Under the pieces are notes generated by a model, which saw nothing but the letters and a program-made list of their open reading frames with translations, was not told where the DNA came from and did not search any database. From positions 59,272,001 to 59,336,000 of the forward strand of contig OZ320314.1 of NCBI GenBank assembly GCA_976226885.1: a DNA stretch of 64,000 bases, read 5' to 3'. Source of the stretch: Iphione sp. A-MEVVRFRX5. Taxonomy: Eukaryota. Below, piece by piece: positions 48,764 to 60,825 of the stretch (position 1 is its first letter; each line of letters begins with the position of its first letter). The position numbers and the translations under genes were made by a program.

Positions 48764-51136
48764 CCATTGTGTATGCCTTATATGAATGATTAGCTAAGCA
48801 AATACAATCATTTGTAACTGACAAATGAGGATGTTTGTCTGATAGCTTAACTTATCTCCTGGCACATGCAATGTATGTATGTATATCGTTTGTGCAAGTC
48901 ATTAATGGACTTTGAAGGCGAACACTCCTCTTTTATAATTACTTCCCTCCAAATTTGAATGTAGTTCCCAGTTCACATTGTTTTACCCGGGGGGGGGGGT
49001 CAAATGTGAACGCAGCGTTCCTTCCTGGCGGTTTAAGCTGCTGTGAAAGAGGAATGGAAGAGATACTGATAGTCTGTTTGACATGTTTGTAAAATTGGGC
49101 ACACCTCCCGCGCCGCGCGGCGTACGTACCCCTCAGTGGCAGGAACAACTCATCGATCAGCGAGCTGCTCGTGAGCACGTGGCCCGCTCTGATCTTAGAC
49201 ACTTCAAAGGCGGCCGCGTGACCTGCTCAATTAGTGGTAATTACCGAGTAATCGGCGTACAAGCCAGTGCCATGTGGGGCGTGGTTCGGGCATTAGCACT
49301 GTTATCGAAACCAGGTGATCGTGGATTATTCCTCGGGAGACCGTTGTCTCCACCGTTCGTACATTGTGCCCTATTCGCCTTGAACTTACATCCAAATTAC
49401 TCGACAGCAGGACGCGGGCTAACCCGAGACAGTTTAAATGGGAACTGAAAACTCATCTGACGCCATCGCATAGAGCCGCTGAAACTTAACTGCATTCGTT
49501 TACAGCCTCTCGACAAGAATTATGATGTGTAGGATGTTACAAGCGTATGAACCCCAGCTGTGTGGTCAAAGGTGCCTCTACACACCCCGCGGGAAAAGCT
49601 TCATGTGTGGCCGAATATAACCCACACAGACCTGCAACCAACTACATCCACTCGACGGGATCGTACTAGCATTACTTCAGTTTTACTCCTGTAAACTAAC
49701 AGACCCAAGATCGCGGATATAAAAGTATGTGGACGGCCCTATCAGCACCAGCAGATAGGCATCTCGGATCAGAAGGTGGGTTCGCGCCTTCAAGCTCCAC
49801 TAATATATATGGCCCTGCAGTGCGCCTGTAGTCCTCTCGCACTGACTCAGAGTCATGGTTAAGGCATTTGTGTGGACTAAAGGCGCAGGGAGGGAGTGGG
49901 GCAGAGCTGCTGCTGTGTCGACAGGTGTATGGTACGATTTACTGGAGGATTTTAAAGATCAGCAGTAACATCTCACTAACTTTACCATAGACAGAGACAC
50001 CTGACCAAAGACACACAACACATGGGTGGCGGGAGGCTATGCCACCTCCTTGCGATCGAACATCTATGGACAACTTATTTTGTATTCGTTACCACAACCA
50101 TAAATCATTTATTTGAAGGAAAAAGAAGTTGTAAAGCCGGTGGTAGGCAATGTGAATTGGGTGACAGATGATGAGTATGTTTGGGGTGCTGGAGGTCACT
50201 CGTATGTCGCTGTCGGCCCAAGTAGAACCACACAGCAGTACGCGGGGAGGAGCCCCCAGTCTAAGAAGGCAGATACCGCCAGGTACGGACAGGTCCATCT
50301 CTCTCCCACCCATACTCTTTACACGCGCCCCCAAAACTTCCTTCCTGAGTTTAATGGTCCAGCAAGAACCACCCACACTGCGTCAAAGCATAATGGAACC
50401 ATTGATAATCATATCGCGGCCATCGTAGAATTTGTTGGACTATTTCATGACAGATGCTGCAGTGAGAGGTCGGATTTGTCTAGCCCCTGTATGCAGATCG
50501 GATCAGTTTGGTAAATACATCCACTCAGGACCCATGATTCTTCCCTTGCGTCTGATATATTTATAACGCATATAATTATGCAATTATGTATTTTTTTCAT
50601 AATTCTCATTTGGTGGTCGTAGAGATCCAGCAAAAATGTATGTTTTTAAATGAAAAAGTGTGACCAAGTTTCTCAAGATTTGTGCACTATTGATTCTACT
50701 CATACTGCAGACTTGTGTGCACTGATCGAGAGGGTCATGGCTCCTCCTCAGTCACCGGCGGTCTCCGGTCAAGGTTGGACGGTCACGCCGGAGAGGGACA
50801 GAGCGCTGCCCGTCTCTGGTGTGGTGGCCCACCACCGTGTCCGCCCGCCCCGTTTGAGAACCGTTTACCGCGCTACCAGACGGGTATTACCAAGAGGTTT
50901 GTGCTTAGCCAGACAAAGAAATGCTGGCCGTTTCAAAAAGAACACCGGAACGTCTATACGGAGCGATATTTGCGATATTCTATATATACGGGTGATAATC
51001 CGCCGCAGGAGAAGTAGAATCTGACATTGGTGATGATTTCCTTACAGACAGCTCATTAAGGTGTTATTAGAGGAATAGAGTACCAAAAGTACAGAGGAAA
51101 ACCGTCGTAAATGAACAAGCAGGCAGACTCGAGGAA

Positions 51137-51280
51137 NNNNNNNNNNNNNNNNNNNNNNNNNNNNNNNNNNNNNNNNNNNNNNNNNNNNNNNNNNNNNNNN
51201 NNNNNNNNNNNNNNNNNNNNNNNNNNNNNNNNNNNNNNNNNNNNNNNNNNNNNNNNNNNNNNNNNNNNNNNNNNNNNNNN
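51137..51280. other. Assembly gap (144 N)
   Basis: N run seen directly. Confidence 1.
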
Positions 51281-51325
51281 AAATGATAGAAGAGCCAAGG
51301 GGTTATAGACTCAGCGAGAGGGACA

Positions 51326-51408
51326 GGAAGGAGGAGGAGGACGACGACGACGAGGAGGACGCGGAGGAGGGCGGGGAAGAGCAAGAAAAAAGTAAAGGAA
51401 AAGAAAAT
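51326..51408 (+). repeat. Imperfect (GAG/GAC)n purine-rich tract next to the gap
   Basis: gaggaggaggaggacgacgacgacgaggaggacgcggaggagg... seen directly. Confidence 0.75.
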
Positions 51409-54400
51409 GATGCAGATAGTTATAGAGATGGGACGAAAGTACTGGGTCAGGGAGACTCCCGACGCCTGATCCCACTATTGCAACCACAGGCCCCATGATA
51501 AGGTTTAGGACGAGAGCCAAATGTCACCGGGTACAAGGCCTCCGACTCCGAGGTCTGTAACTTCTCATTGACTTCCTACGCTTCAAGTTGACATGCACTG
51601 AGCCACTGGTTAAATTGGTCTGGTGTTTATGCTCCAATTTCACCGCCACTCCATTCTCCCATTTAAAATCATCCGATATCTACAATGTCGCACTTAAAAA
51701 CCGTGTATTACCGTGTCCCGCCTGTATCTATCACCCATGAATTGCACCAGTCGGTAATTGTTTCATTCGCACGTGAGAATGGATGTGGTTTAGTCGGAGA
51801 CAGTGGGAGAAACGATGACACTCTTCACTTGGTATTATGATCAGACACCTCTTCATGACGAGCGAAAGCCCAACCGAGCCTGACAGTTATTGGAACACAC
51901 TTCCATTAATCCCAAATGGCATGATTTCGATGTGGCCAACCGTGCGTGCCTCGCGTCACCGCCCATCATTCGTGCAAGCCGTGGCCCGGTCCAGTCAAGC
52001 ACTGTCATATGAACATTAACCGTTTTTCCTCCATGGGCGGAAAGAGCAAGCGGGCCACGGAAAATGGTGTGAGTGGTGAGTGCAGCTAAATTGTCAATTT
52101 GGCGCGCCAATCATCGCGAATTAGGCTCGGGCATGGTGCGGCGACGAGGTGAAATGTGTAGCTGCTGCGATGAAAATGTTGGCACGACATCGTTAGCAGC
52201 CCGATATGATTTTGTCAGAGAGGGCTCAGCCTGCCTGGTTATGTGGAGATTGGTGATGACGGCCACTGGCCAAATCCAGACCCGCTTCCAACATCGGTCG
52301 ATGATGAGCATCACCCCGTACTGCAATTATCTCTACCACGTGTCATGTCTCATCATGGCACGGATGCACCTAATCGTCGGCCAGTAGTTTCCCTACCTGT
52401 TGCCACCACTACTATGTCGTGTAGAATTAAACACCAGAAGCTATGTTGATTATGCATGTCGCGAACTAATGACCGACAATGCTTCTACTTCTTTTAGCGA
52501 GTAAACATGGCGTTTACGGCGCGCCAGATAACGAGTCATTAAACATCCACAGCAACAATTTTATTATACGCCTATGTCATAACTACTGCATAACGAATCC
52601 CGAATATATTTTATATGGCTCTACGTTGAACAACACTTTGAAAAATAAATTACTCGAACAGATTAAGTGGAGCTTGCGGTATGCTCCCCGCAGGAACATC
52701 ACGCCAAAGCTTTTGATGTTGCTTAACATTCTCATAACGACGTCGCTTCATGGTTCGCAGTGATCATTATACGGGCTCACCGTTGAGCGGCTAACTGTAA
52801 TCAAGCAAAGCGTTCAAGGAATATACCAATAACACAAAGAGTAATTAACGTAATGGTGTCGGTAGGTGTAGAATGATACAACTGGGACTCGACTTTCTGT
52901 GGTGACCATGCACAGCTTAGAGCTCTAGCCGTGTTCTGAGCACATTTAATTAATGGACGCTAATGAATGTGATTTAATGACCGTGACTGGCATTTGTATC
53001 CACTAAGAAGTAGTGTATAGAGGTAGACTCATACATGGAAATAGTAGTTGTTAGTTTTTCGGCATTCATTCAAACGATTTCCTGTATGTTGAATCCATCT
53101 TTCCGGTTCGTATCGCTACAGTTTTAATTGATGTCTGTCTGTCCGTCTACTTTTGTCTCTCTATCTCATCGTTTCCTCTTTTCCCCCGTTCCAGTTTCCG
53201 TCTGTATTCAGGCTTTTGTCCCCATTATAGAGCCCGTAGCTGACAGCATAATCCACAGCATATTTCTGGTGATAGGCGAAGCATACTACCACTGCCTAGG
53301 TGATGAATGGAATGTCTGTGTTTTGAAAGGGTCACAAACTGTGCCATTCTGCCGCTCTGGAATGAAAATAAGCAAGAAGAATCAAGCCTGTTAACACTCT
53401 TGCTCTTCTAATCTCTCTGTAATTGTCGTGTTATACCCTACGTTTCTCAGAAATCAGAGATGTGGAAATGCCAACAGGGGCTCGTTAAGTTCACCTAGCC
53501 TGCTACATGCCTGCCGTCTTCAGAAGTTGGGTCCTATTTCTGTTTACCCAGACAAGTCAGCCGAGCACTAGACAAGCCCCCGTAACCTAAGATGAGGCCC
53601 AGCTGGCCGCCCGACCACTGGCGTACGAAGAGAGAAGATGCGTGCTTAGTGTGGATCATTTACACCAGGTGGCAGCAGCCAACATTGGCACCGACCTGTA
53701 TCGCCATCACAGACAACTTTCTAGCGATCTCCCAGAAACCACTGGCATCAATCCTACTTTTTTCAACTTTTTTAACGCTCACGTATGTATGCATGTATAC
53801 CAATGGCGATGCGGGTATTTAGAAACAAGACCCATGCTATAGTGACGAGAAGTGAGAGTAAATCTAGAAACAAATTAAAGGGAAGGGCGCTGGGGTAATG
53901 TTCATCTGGCAGGGCCAGCAACGTGACACCCGTGAAATAAAGTCAACGGTTCTGAACTACCTTATGATGCTGCAAAGTGGCTCGTCAACGGTGGGAAATG
54001 GGGCTTTCATTAATGGTGGGTGGCTTTTTACTACGTGTTTCGAAGCTGTTCGGTCTATTCATTAGACGAGTTTGTTGACACGCATTCATTGTTCATTGTC
54101 AGTGCAGACTGTGCCAGTTTGTTCTGCGGCTTATGTTGGCTCTTCTTGGCATTCTTGGGTGCTAATAACGAGCTGCGCTCGCAGCCCACTCACACGGCAC
54201 AAAGCCACCGAATAAACACTTCAAGTTGGCCCATCAGCCCCGCACGTCGGGAAGCTGCTCGTGGGAATGCACTCGGGTCAGTGATACATCGCCCGAGCTG
54301 CTCAACAGAAACAAAGGACAGCTTACGGATACACGCGAGTCCGGCAGTCGGAGCAAACAAGCCGAGGAAATGAGGTAAAACACCGTTGAAATTGGAGTTT

Positions 54401-57400
54401 GGGGTGGGCAGTCGAGAAAGGGTGGAGCAGAAGAGCAGTTGGCATTTCCATTAAATAAGCAGCATTGATGTGGTCTAGTTAATTATTGAGCGCTGCACAG
54501 ATATCACTCCATAACGAAACGCATGTTATATTTTCATATAAAAAGCAATTCTGTTATCATGGTAGGCGCCTTTTTAGAGTGGTCATCCACCAGGATTTAC
54601 GTTAATGACGTGAGCAGGAAACTCACCCCAGCGCGAACAAATTGTCAAACACGACGAATCATATGTGGGTGCATGCATCCACAATATCGAGTGAGCCCAC
54701 GTTCAATATTTTTCTGTCACAAGGGAATTCGGTCGCGTAAGTACAAGTAGTATGGTTGGGTATTGAATTCTGACAAGTAGGTGACAACTGCACGTAGAAT
54801 ACAAGATTTCATATGCGGCGAGATGTGCGATTACAAAAGACGTACTAAAACGGGGAAAGACGGCAAGAAACGGAGTGGAATGCGTAGCGGAGTTTATGAA
54901 CTCATGCAATAGAAATGTTGACATCTCCCTAAATATAGATGTCCATCAAGAATGCTTACATGTACAAGCCTCTCACAAGTTTGTGCAATTGGTGTTGCTG
55001 GATTCGGCTGAGGAGTTAATTCCTCACCGAAGCCAACTATCGGAAGCTTTTGGAATACATAACACAAACCGTTCCTATAATGAATATCCGAAGAAGAATA
55101 AGTCGCCCCCGAAGAAGTAACCTTGTCACATAACGAGTGGTCGTATAATGTGGGCTGACGCATATCAAAGAAGACAAAGTAATTGTGTCTAGATAGGGGC
55201 TTGATATGACGAAAGGTAAATGAAAGGCTGGAATGCATGTCAAGAACGCAATCAGGCGGCTGCGTGTCTTTACTCGGGGGAAGAAGAGCAATTCTAACAT
55301 AACTAACATGAGCAATTTTCTGGACATGTACTCGGGAATCTATTATCCAAATAGTCCTGCGATATAACTGTTATCACAGAAATCATTACTTATTACATAT
55401 AGTTAATCTAAGTATCTCGTATTGTAGCTCGCATCGGCAAGGTTTGCCAAATTGGTCATAGAAGTGATGCATTAGTATCCGTTCCTTCTATCACTTGGGA
55501 TCTAGTGAATAATTCCATGATTGCCGAAAAAATTATCAGTTTTGATATCTGCCCAAATTACTAAATGTATTTTTGTTAAATACTTGTTTATCAATTCATT
55601 CACTGTAGAAGTATAAATTTATTGCAGCTGGTCGTGCGGGTAATATCGTGGTTTTGTTAAGTCTTCAATACTTATTGCATGTATACTTCTACATCATATG
55701 AATGCATTAATTTTATTGTCAACAACTATTTTCATGTACATGTACATAGATTTTGATTTAAAAATGTGTGTACTTGATATCATACACAACAAAATGCAAG
55801 AACCTATAAAAAGAGTAAGAGCAACGTCTCTTCTATGATATCTAGAAAAAGAATTTCATAACGAGGAACGGGATATGGCAATTCAATGGCGTCTTCATAT
55901 CTGGAGCTCCGATAGGTTAACCCTTTCGGCGCCGAGCTCCACCACACTTCTTCACTTGGTTTCTGCCTTTGTTCCCATCCTGTCAAAATACGCCTAAGTG
56001 TGTCTCTAGTGTTAGTATATGTGTATAATTCTGGATATAGGTTAGATTAGCCTGGAAGACTTCTAGTAGTCCTTCATACCCCCTATAGCGACTGACCTCT
56101 TTGAAGACATATGCTCTGGAGCTAGAGATCTGCTCCCATAGCCACCAACCCCACTTGTAGCATACACTGAGCCCTTCCTGCTGACGCTCAGCCCCATAGT
56201 ACAATACAGCACATGTGTGCACTAAAGGTAACGGCCTATCAAGATCACCCATAGCTGACGGGTGTGCACTGTAAAGAGAGTGCCGTGGGAGGGAGGGGAG
56301 CGTACTAACTGCCGCCCCAGTCTCTCATATAGACAGTAGTACTACTGGATCGTAAGCGGCGCCTCAGGACATACCGTGTGCTAGAAGCCCGCCCTGCCGG
56401 CAACGTCTATAAATGGCAACTAGGGTTTCCTCTTCCCAGCGCAGAGTGGCTTCGTAGCGAGGCACTTGCGTTTGAAAATATCTCCCTATGATGTTCTCTT
56501 GAATAGATTCGGAAATCATTGTTTTCTAGACATCAGAGACGACTGACGTTAATTAGGGGCTTTCCATGACCACAGATTCAATCCATTTAACAATGCACCG
56601 TGCCAAGCGGAGCCTCTAACTTAATGCTGCAGTCTCTAACTTAAGTTCATTACAGAACTACGTCAAACTCGGCGCGCATCAGACGCTGCTTTACCAGCTT
56701 CAGTTCGACAGTGTATTGTTGTCTGTTGTTGTTTTATGACAATTGGTTTTACGACAGCGCCATGGACATCTTTTCTAGTACGATAGTCTCGTGTAGTCTC
56801 GTTGGTCGCGTGAGAGAATGTCACCTGTCGTCAAGCTGACGCTGACGTGTCGTCGTCACCAAAACAGCCTTACGATGCGGCGGGTGCGGCTAGCGGCTCA
56901 CTAAATGCACTCACCACGACAATACTTTCCCATCAGCGGAAATCGGTGGAAAAATTAAGCGGGTCTACTTTAGCGGTAAGATCAATAACAATCAAACATG
57001 ACAAGGTAATGCTAACAGGCACTAAGTACCTTTTAATCCCCTTTTAGGCGTGGTGCGGCCGTTCAATACGCCGTAGAGACGGAGGGAGGGGCCGCCCGAG
57101 CTAGACCCGACTGGCGATGGCTGAGACGGCCCACAAGGTGATCGCTTTCTCTGAGGCCTCGCAGCTTTGATGTGCTGCTCGAACGATCGTTCACATGCTC
57201 CGCGACACTGCGAGGGCCTAGCCAGTACCAGCGGGCGTTCGGAAATCGAGGGTTAGCCGCGGCCAGTTTCTGAACAAATGTGGTTATCGGGATGGAATTG
57301 AGCGGTTCAGAGATGACCATATTTGTGAAAACGTGCTGCCGTTAAACACGTAACGAACCTACCTGCAGACGAAATCAGCTGCGAGCACGGACCCTTTCCG

Positions 57401-58863
57401 AAGAGAGACGGTTACCATTAACCCCACGTCTCCCATATAAAACCAAGAGAAGACGCTGTATGTTTTTTTTTTCTATTTGGAAGATTGTGTCGTATGCATA
57501 CATCAGAGCAATATTCACACAGGATTGTCTACCGCTCGACAATACGAAACAGGACGGCCAGCATTAAAAGGGAACTTTAAACATTCCTCATCTTCATGCT
57601 GCTGAATGTAGGGTATTACTTGCACGTCTCGGCTTGATCTTCTTGATCTCTACCACGAACAAGGCAATAGCACCACCACAAATAGGGCATTACTGAGCGG
57701 AAAGAGGTAGGGGAGGTTGAGCAGAGGGGGTTGAAGGGTGGAGGGGTGGCGGGCTCAAGCTTCACTTTATCACTGGCGCGCGACTCGAGGATCGCTTAGC
57801 CTTACATCACCCTAATAGTCTTCCGTGAGCAGCTAAGAGTAATAGGGCGGCAACAATGTGGCGAGTAGCTCTCATGTGAAGGACGCAACTGCTACAAGGC
57901 TCTGAGCGACTCCCAGCACCTTACAAACAAGTGCTTTGGCACCCGAAATTAGCAGCCTCCTTGGGAGTGGGGCGCGGACGGCGTCAAGCAATCAATGCAT
58001 CAGATCAAGAGGAGCGGCTTTAATTCGCTTCGATTGCTGCTCCAGCCGGCTAGCCCCGTCTGACACAGGCCCCAATGGAGTAGAGAACGTGGGGAAAGAG
58101 AGGGGGCGGACTAACAGTGGCAGACGTGTTGAGAGAGGAAGAGTAAAGGAGTGGTAAATCGTCAGTAGTGGATCACGAAGAAGGGAAAGCGTACAGAGGA
58201 AGTGAAATAATAGAGGACGAAAATAGATGTTCATGTAGAATTATACGGGGTATTTATTATGAGGTAAACATGAAAATAAGTTTGATAAATACAATCATGT
58301 AAACACAGTCTATGTACAAGAAATTACTGTATGCGTATAATATTATTACACGTACTTGTATATGTATCTAAGGTTCAACATAGTATTGGAGCAAGCAAGG
58401 AAATGGCATGCAGTGGCGTAGAGGGAATATAAGGGACAACAACGAGTGAGTGTGAGAAGTAGTATTGAAATACATGTGGGCATATCGAATAATACCATAG
58501 AGATGGTGACAATTACATATATGAATCGTGAATATCCAAATACATTTGAGGCCCACATAGGAGAACACGCTTCGCACTGGCTATTTTGGGTCTCTCCTAC
58601 GGTTTGGTCTCATTAGACGTACTCAACGTAAAAGGAAATGACTTGGTCTTAGAAATCCTTGTCTCTCTCCGGTTTAATATCCCCTCTGATCCGAGCCGGG
58701 TCTCCACTGCACAATAAAAAGGGCAGCTTGTGTAATGCATCTGGGTATGCGTCTTATGTATAAGGTGTTAACGAGTAGCATGAGATGTTTTTTCATATTT
58801 GCAAGGAGTATGGATTTTGATATATTCCGTCTTTGGCTTTCTTTGAATGAAGGTGTCGAGAGC

Positions 58864-59116
58864 NNNNNNNNNNNNNNNNNNNNNNNNNNNNNNNNNNNNN
58901 NNNNNNNNNNNNNNNNNNNNNNNNNNNNNNNNNNNNNNNNNNNNNNNNNNNNNNNNNNNNNNNNNNNNNNNNNNNNNNNNNNNNNNNNNNNNNNNNNNNN
59001 NNNNNNNNNNNNNNNNNNNNNNNNNNNNNNNNNNNNNNNNNNNNNNNNNNNNNNNNNNNNNNNNNNNNNNNNNNNNNNNNNNNNNNNNNNNNNNNNNNNN
59101 NNNNNNNNNNNNNNNN
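58864..59116. other. Assembly gap (253 N)
   Basis: N run seen directly. Confidence 1.
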
Positions 59117-60804
59117 AGACGGGTGGCTGGTCAGCAGGACCATCCACCACATTAACTTGCTAACCATTATTGATGGAGCCCGTAATGTCCGATGGCGGCT
59201 GCGGTGTGTCACCATGGCAGCATACACAGCGACAATTTGCTTGTGTTATTACTCAACCCTCTTGCACCCCCATCCCATTCCCCCCATCTCATCTTGCAGC
59301 TTCCTGCCATCCTTTAACCTTAGCATCCCCTCACTACAGTGGTCTGTTTTATTCCCTTCCCGTATAACACATTGCTACTATCCTGCGTCCTTATGAGAAC
59401 ATGAATGAGGTTCGGGCAAGGTGTAGCGATTCTTGTGGTCAGCTAGACCCAGGGAGACCTCCCTGGCTGCGGGGCCAGGCTCTAATAAACATAAAGTACG
59501 CGCCCGCAGCCGCATTAATGCGCCTACGGACCTAGCCTTTCTCTGCTCCGGGCTAATTAATTAATGAAACCAACCCCCGGGCCGCCCCTTGTCCTCGAAT
59601 TGATGGCCCACATCGATGTATAATCCGGCCGGTAAGAAACACCTTTCCACTTGCACCGACTCCTCCTCCTGTCAAAACATGTTTTGCTACTGACTAACCT
59701 GCAACGCACCAGAATATGTATATCGCCAAAGATGGCGCGTAGATTCTTTTCCTATGATTTCCAAAAATGGCAGATCGTCAAGTCTGTTTTTTTTTTCTGA
59801 GGGCATTGGAGATGGTTCTATTGACGAAGAAACAGTGCGGCAAATTAGAGTGTGTGCAGTAATGATTAGCCAGTAGTATAAAACGATATGGGTTAGGTGA
59901 AGGTAGTGGGAAGCCTTCACAACAATGAATTCGGTCTGAGATCATGTCAGTGCTTTTTCAGCGGTGAGTCTTTTCTGTGCTGAGTAACCAACTCCTAACC
60001 ATCTAGTAGAATGCATACGTCAGCTTCGCGTGGCAACTGAAAGAGCACTGCCACCTCTTTAAGTAAATGCAACACACCCTTGGTTATTGAATCCTAATAA
60101 ATATATACTGTATGTGGGTCTGTTTCTTCTATTTGCTGTGTCCTAGAATCAAGTCACTCTTCCGTCTCCTGCCAGTGTCAAGCGTACAGACTTCCTATTT
60201 CGCATAATGCACACCCCCTCTTCACCACTGATGGCCCTTATGCGGCAGCGTCGCTGACCTAATCAAATTAGCATCATGAGGGAAAAAATCTTCGATGTGT
60301 CATCTTCAACAGCGAATCGAAAAACCCTTTGACTTGATTCAGATTTCATGGTATAGGCCCAAACGAAAGGTTTACGTTAACTAGAGAAACGAAATACAGG
60401 AACTGCTATCTCAACAGGATTTATTGAAGAAGTTTCTTTTTACTATTACACGTTCATGCAGAGATGTGTTCTCTACATTATAAGTATTTATGGGTATTGG
60501 TAATTATACATACACCTATTGCCACATTATTTGCTCCCTACTTCCGTGATTGCCAGTCGTCCTCATTTACTGTAGGCCCAACCCAGAATGCATGGTCCAC
60601 AACTCGTAAAAAAGCCATGGGTGTATAGGATTCTGTCTCCTATGCACAAAAAACCTAGAAAGCTATTCAAAATAAGAGTAGGGGACTACCCCGGGTATTC
60701 TGGTCTCTCAATTCTCAACAATAGATGGTAGTATGCTACCCCAGGTGGATATGGAAGAGCTCTGTCATATGATAGAGAATATCTAGTTCCTAGTTAACGA
60801 TATG

Positions 60805-60825
60805 ATGAAATGAAAATGAAATGAA
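60805..60825 (-). repeat. Short (ATGAA)n pentamer run, possible 3' tail of a non-LTR retroelement on the minus strand
   Basis: atgaaatgaaaatgaaatgaa followed by an AT-rich stretch. Pentamer tails are typical of CR1/L2-group elements. No RT sequence was recognised. Confidence 0.35.

Noticed and set aside
50113-50514. 133-aa plus-strand ORF (…DDEYVWGAGGHSYVAVG…)
   Set aside because: No recognisable domain or splice signals; the length is within chance for this GC content.
51056-59227. ORFs spanning the N runs, and the acidic ORF 51283-51498
   Set aside because: Artefacts of assembly gaps and of a GAG/GAC simple repeat.
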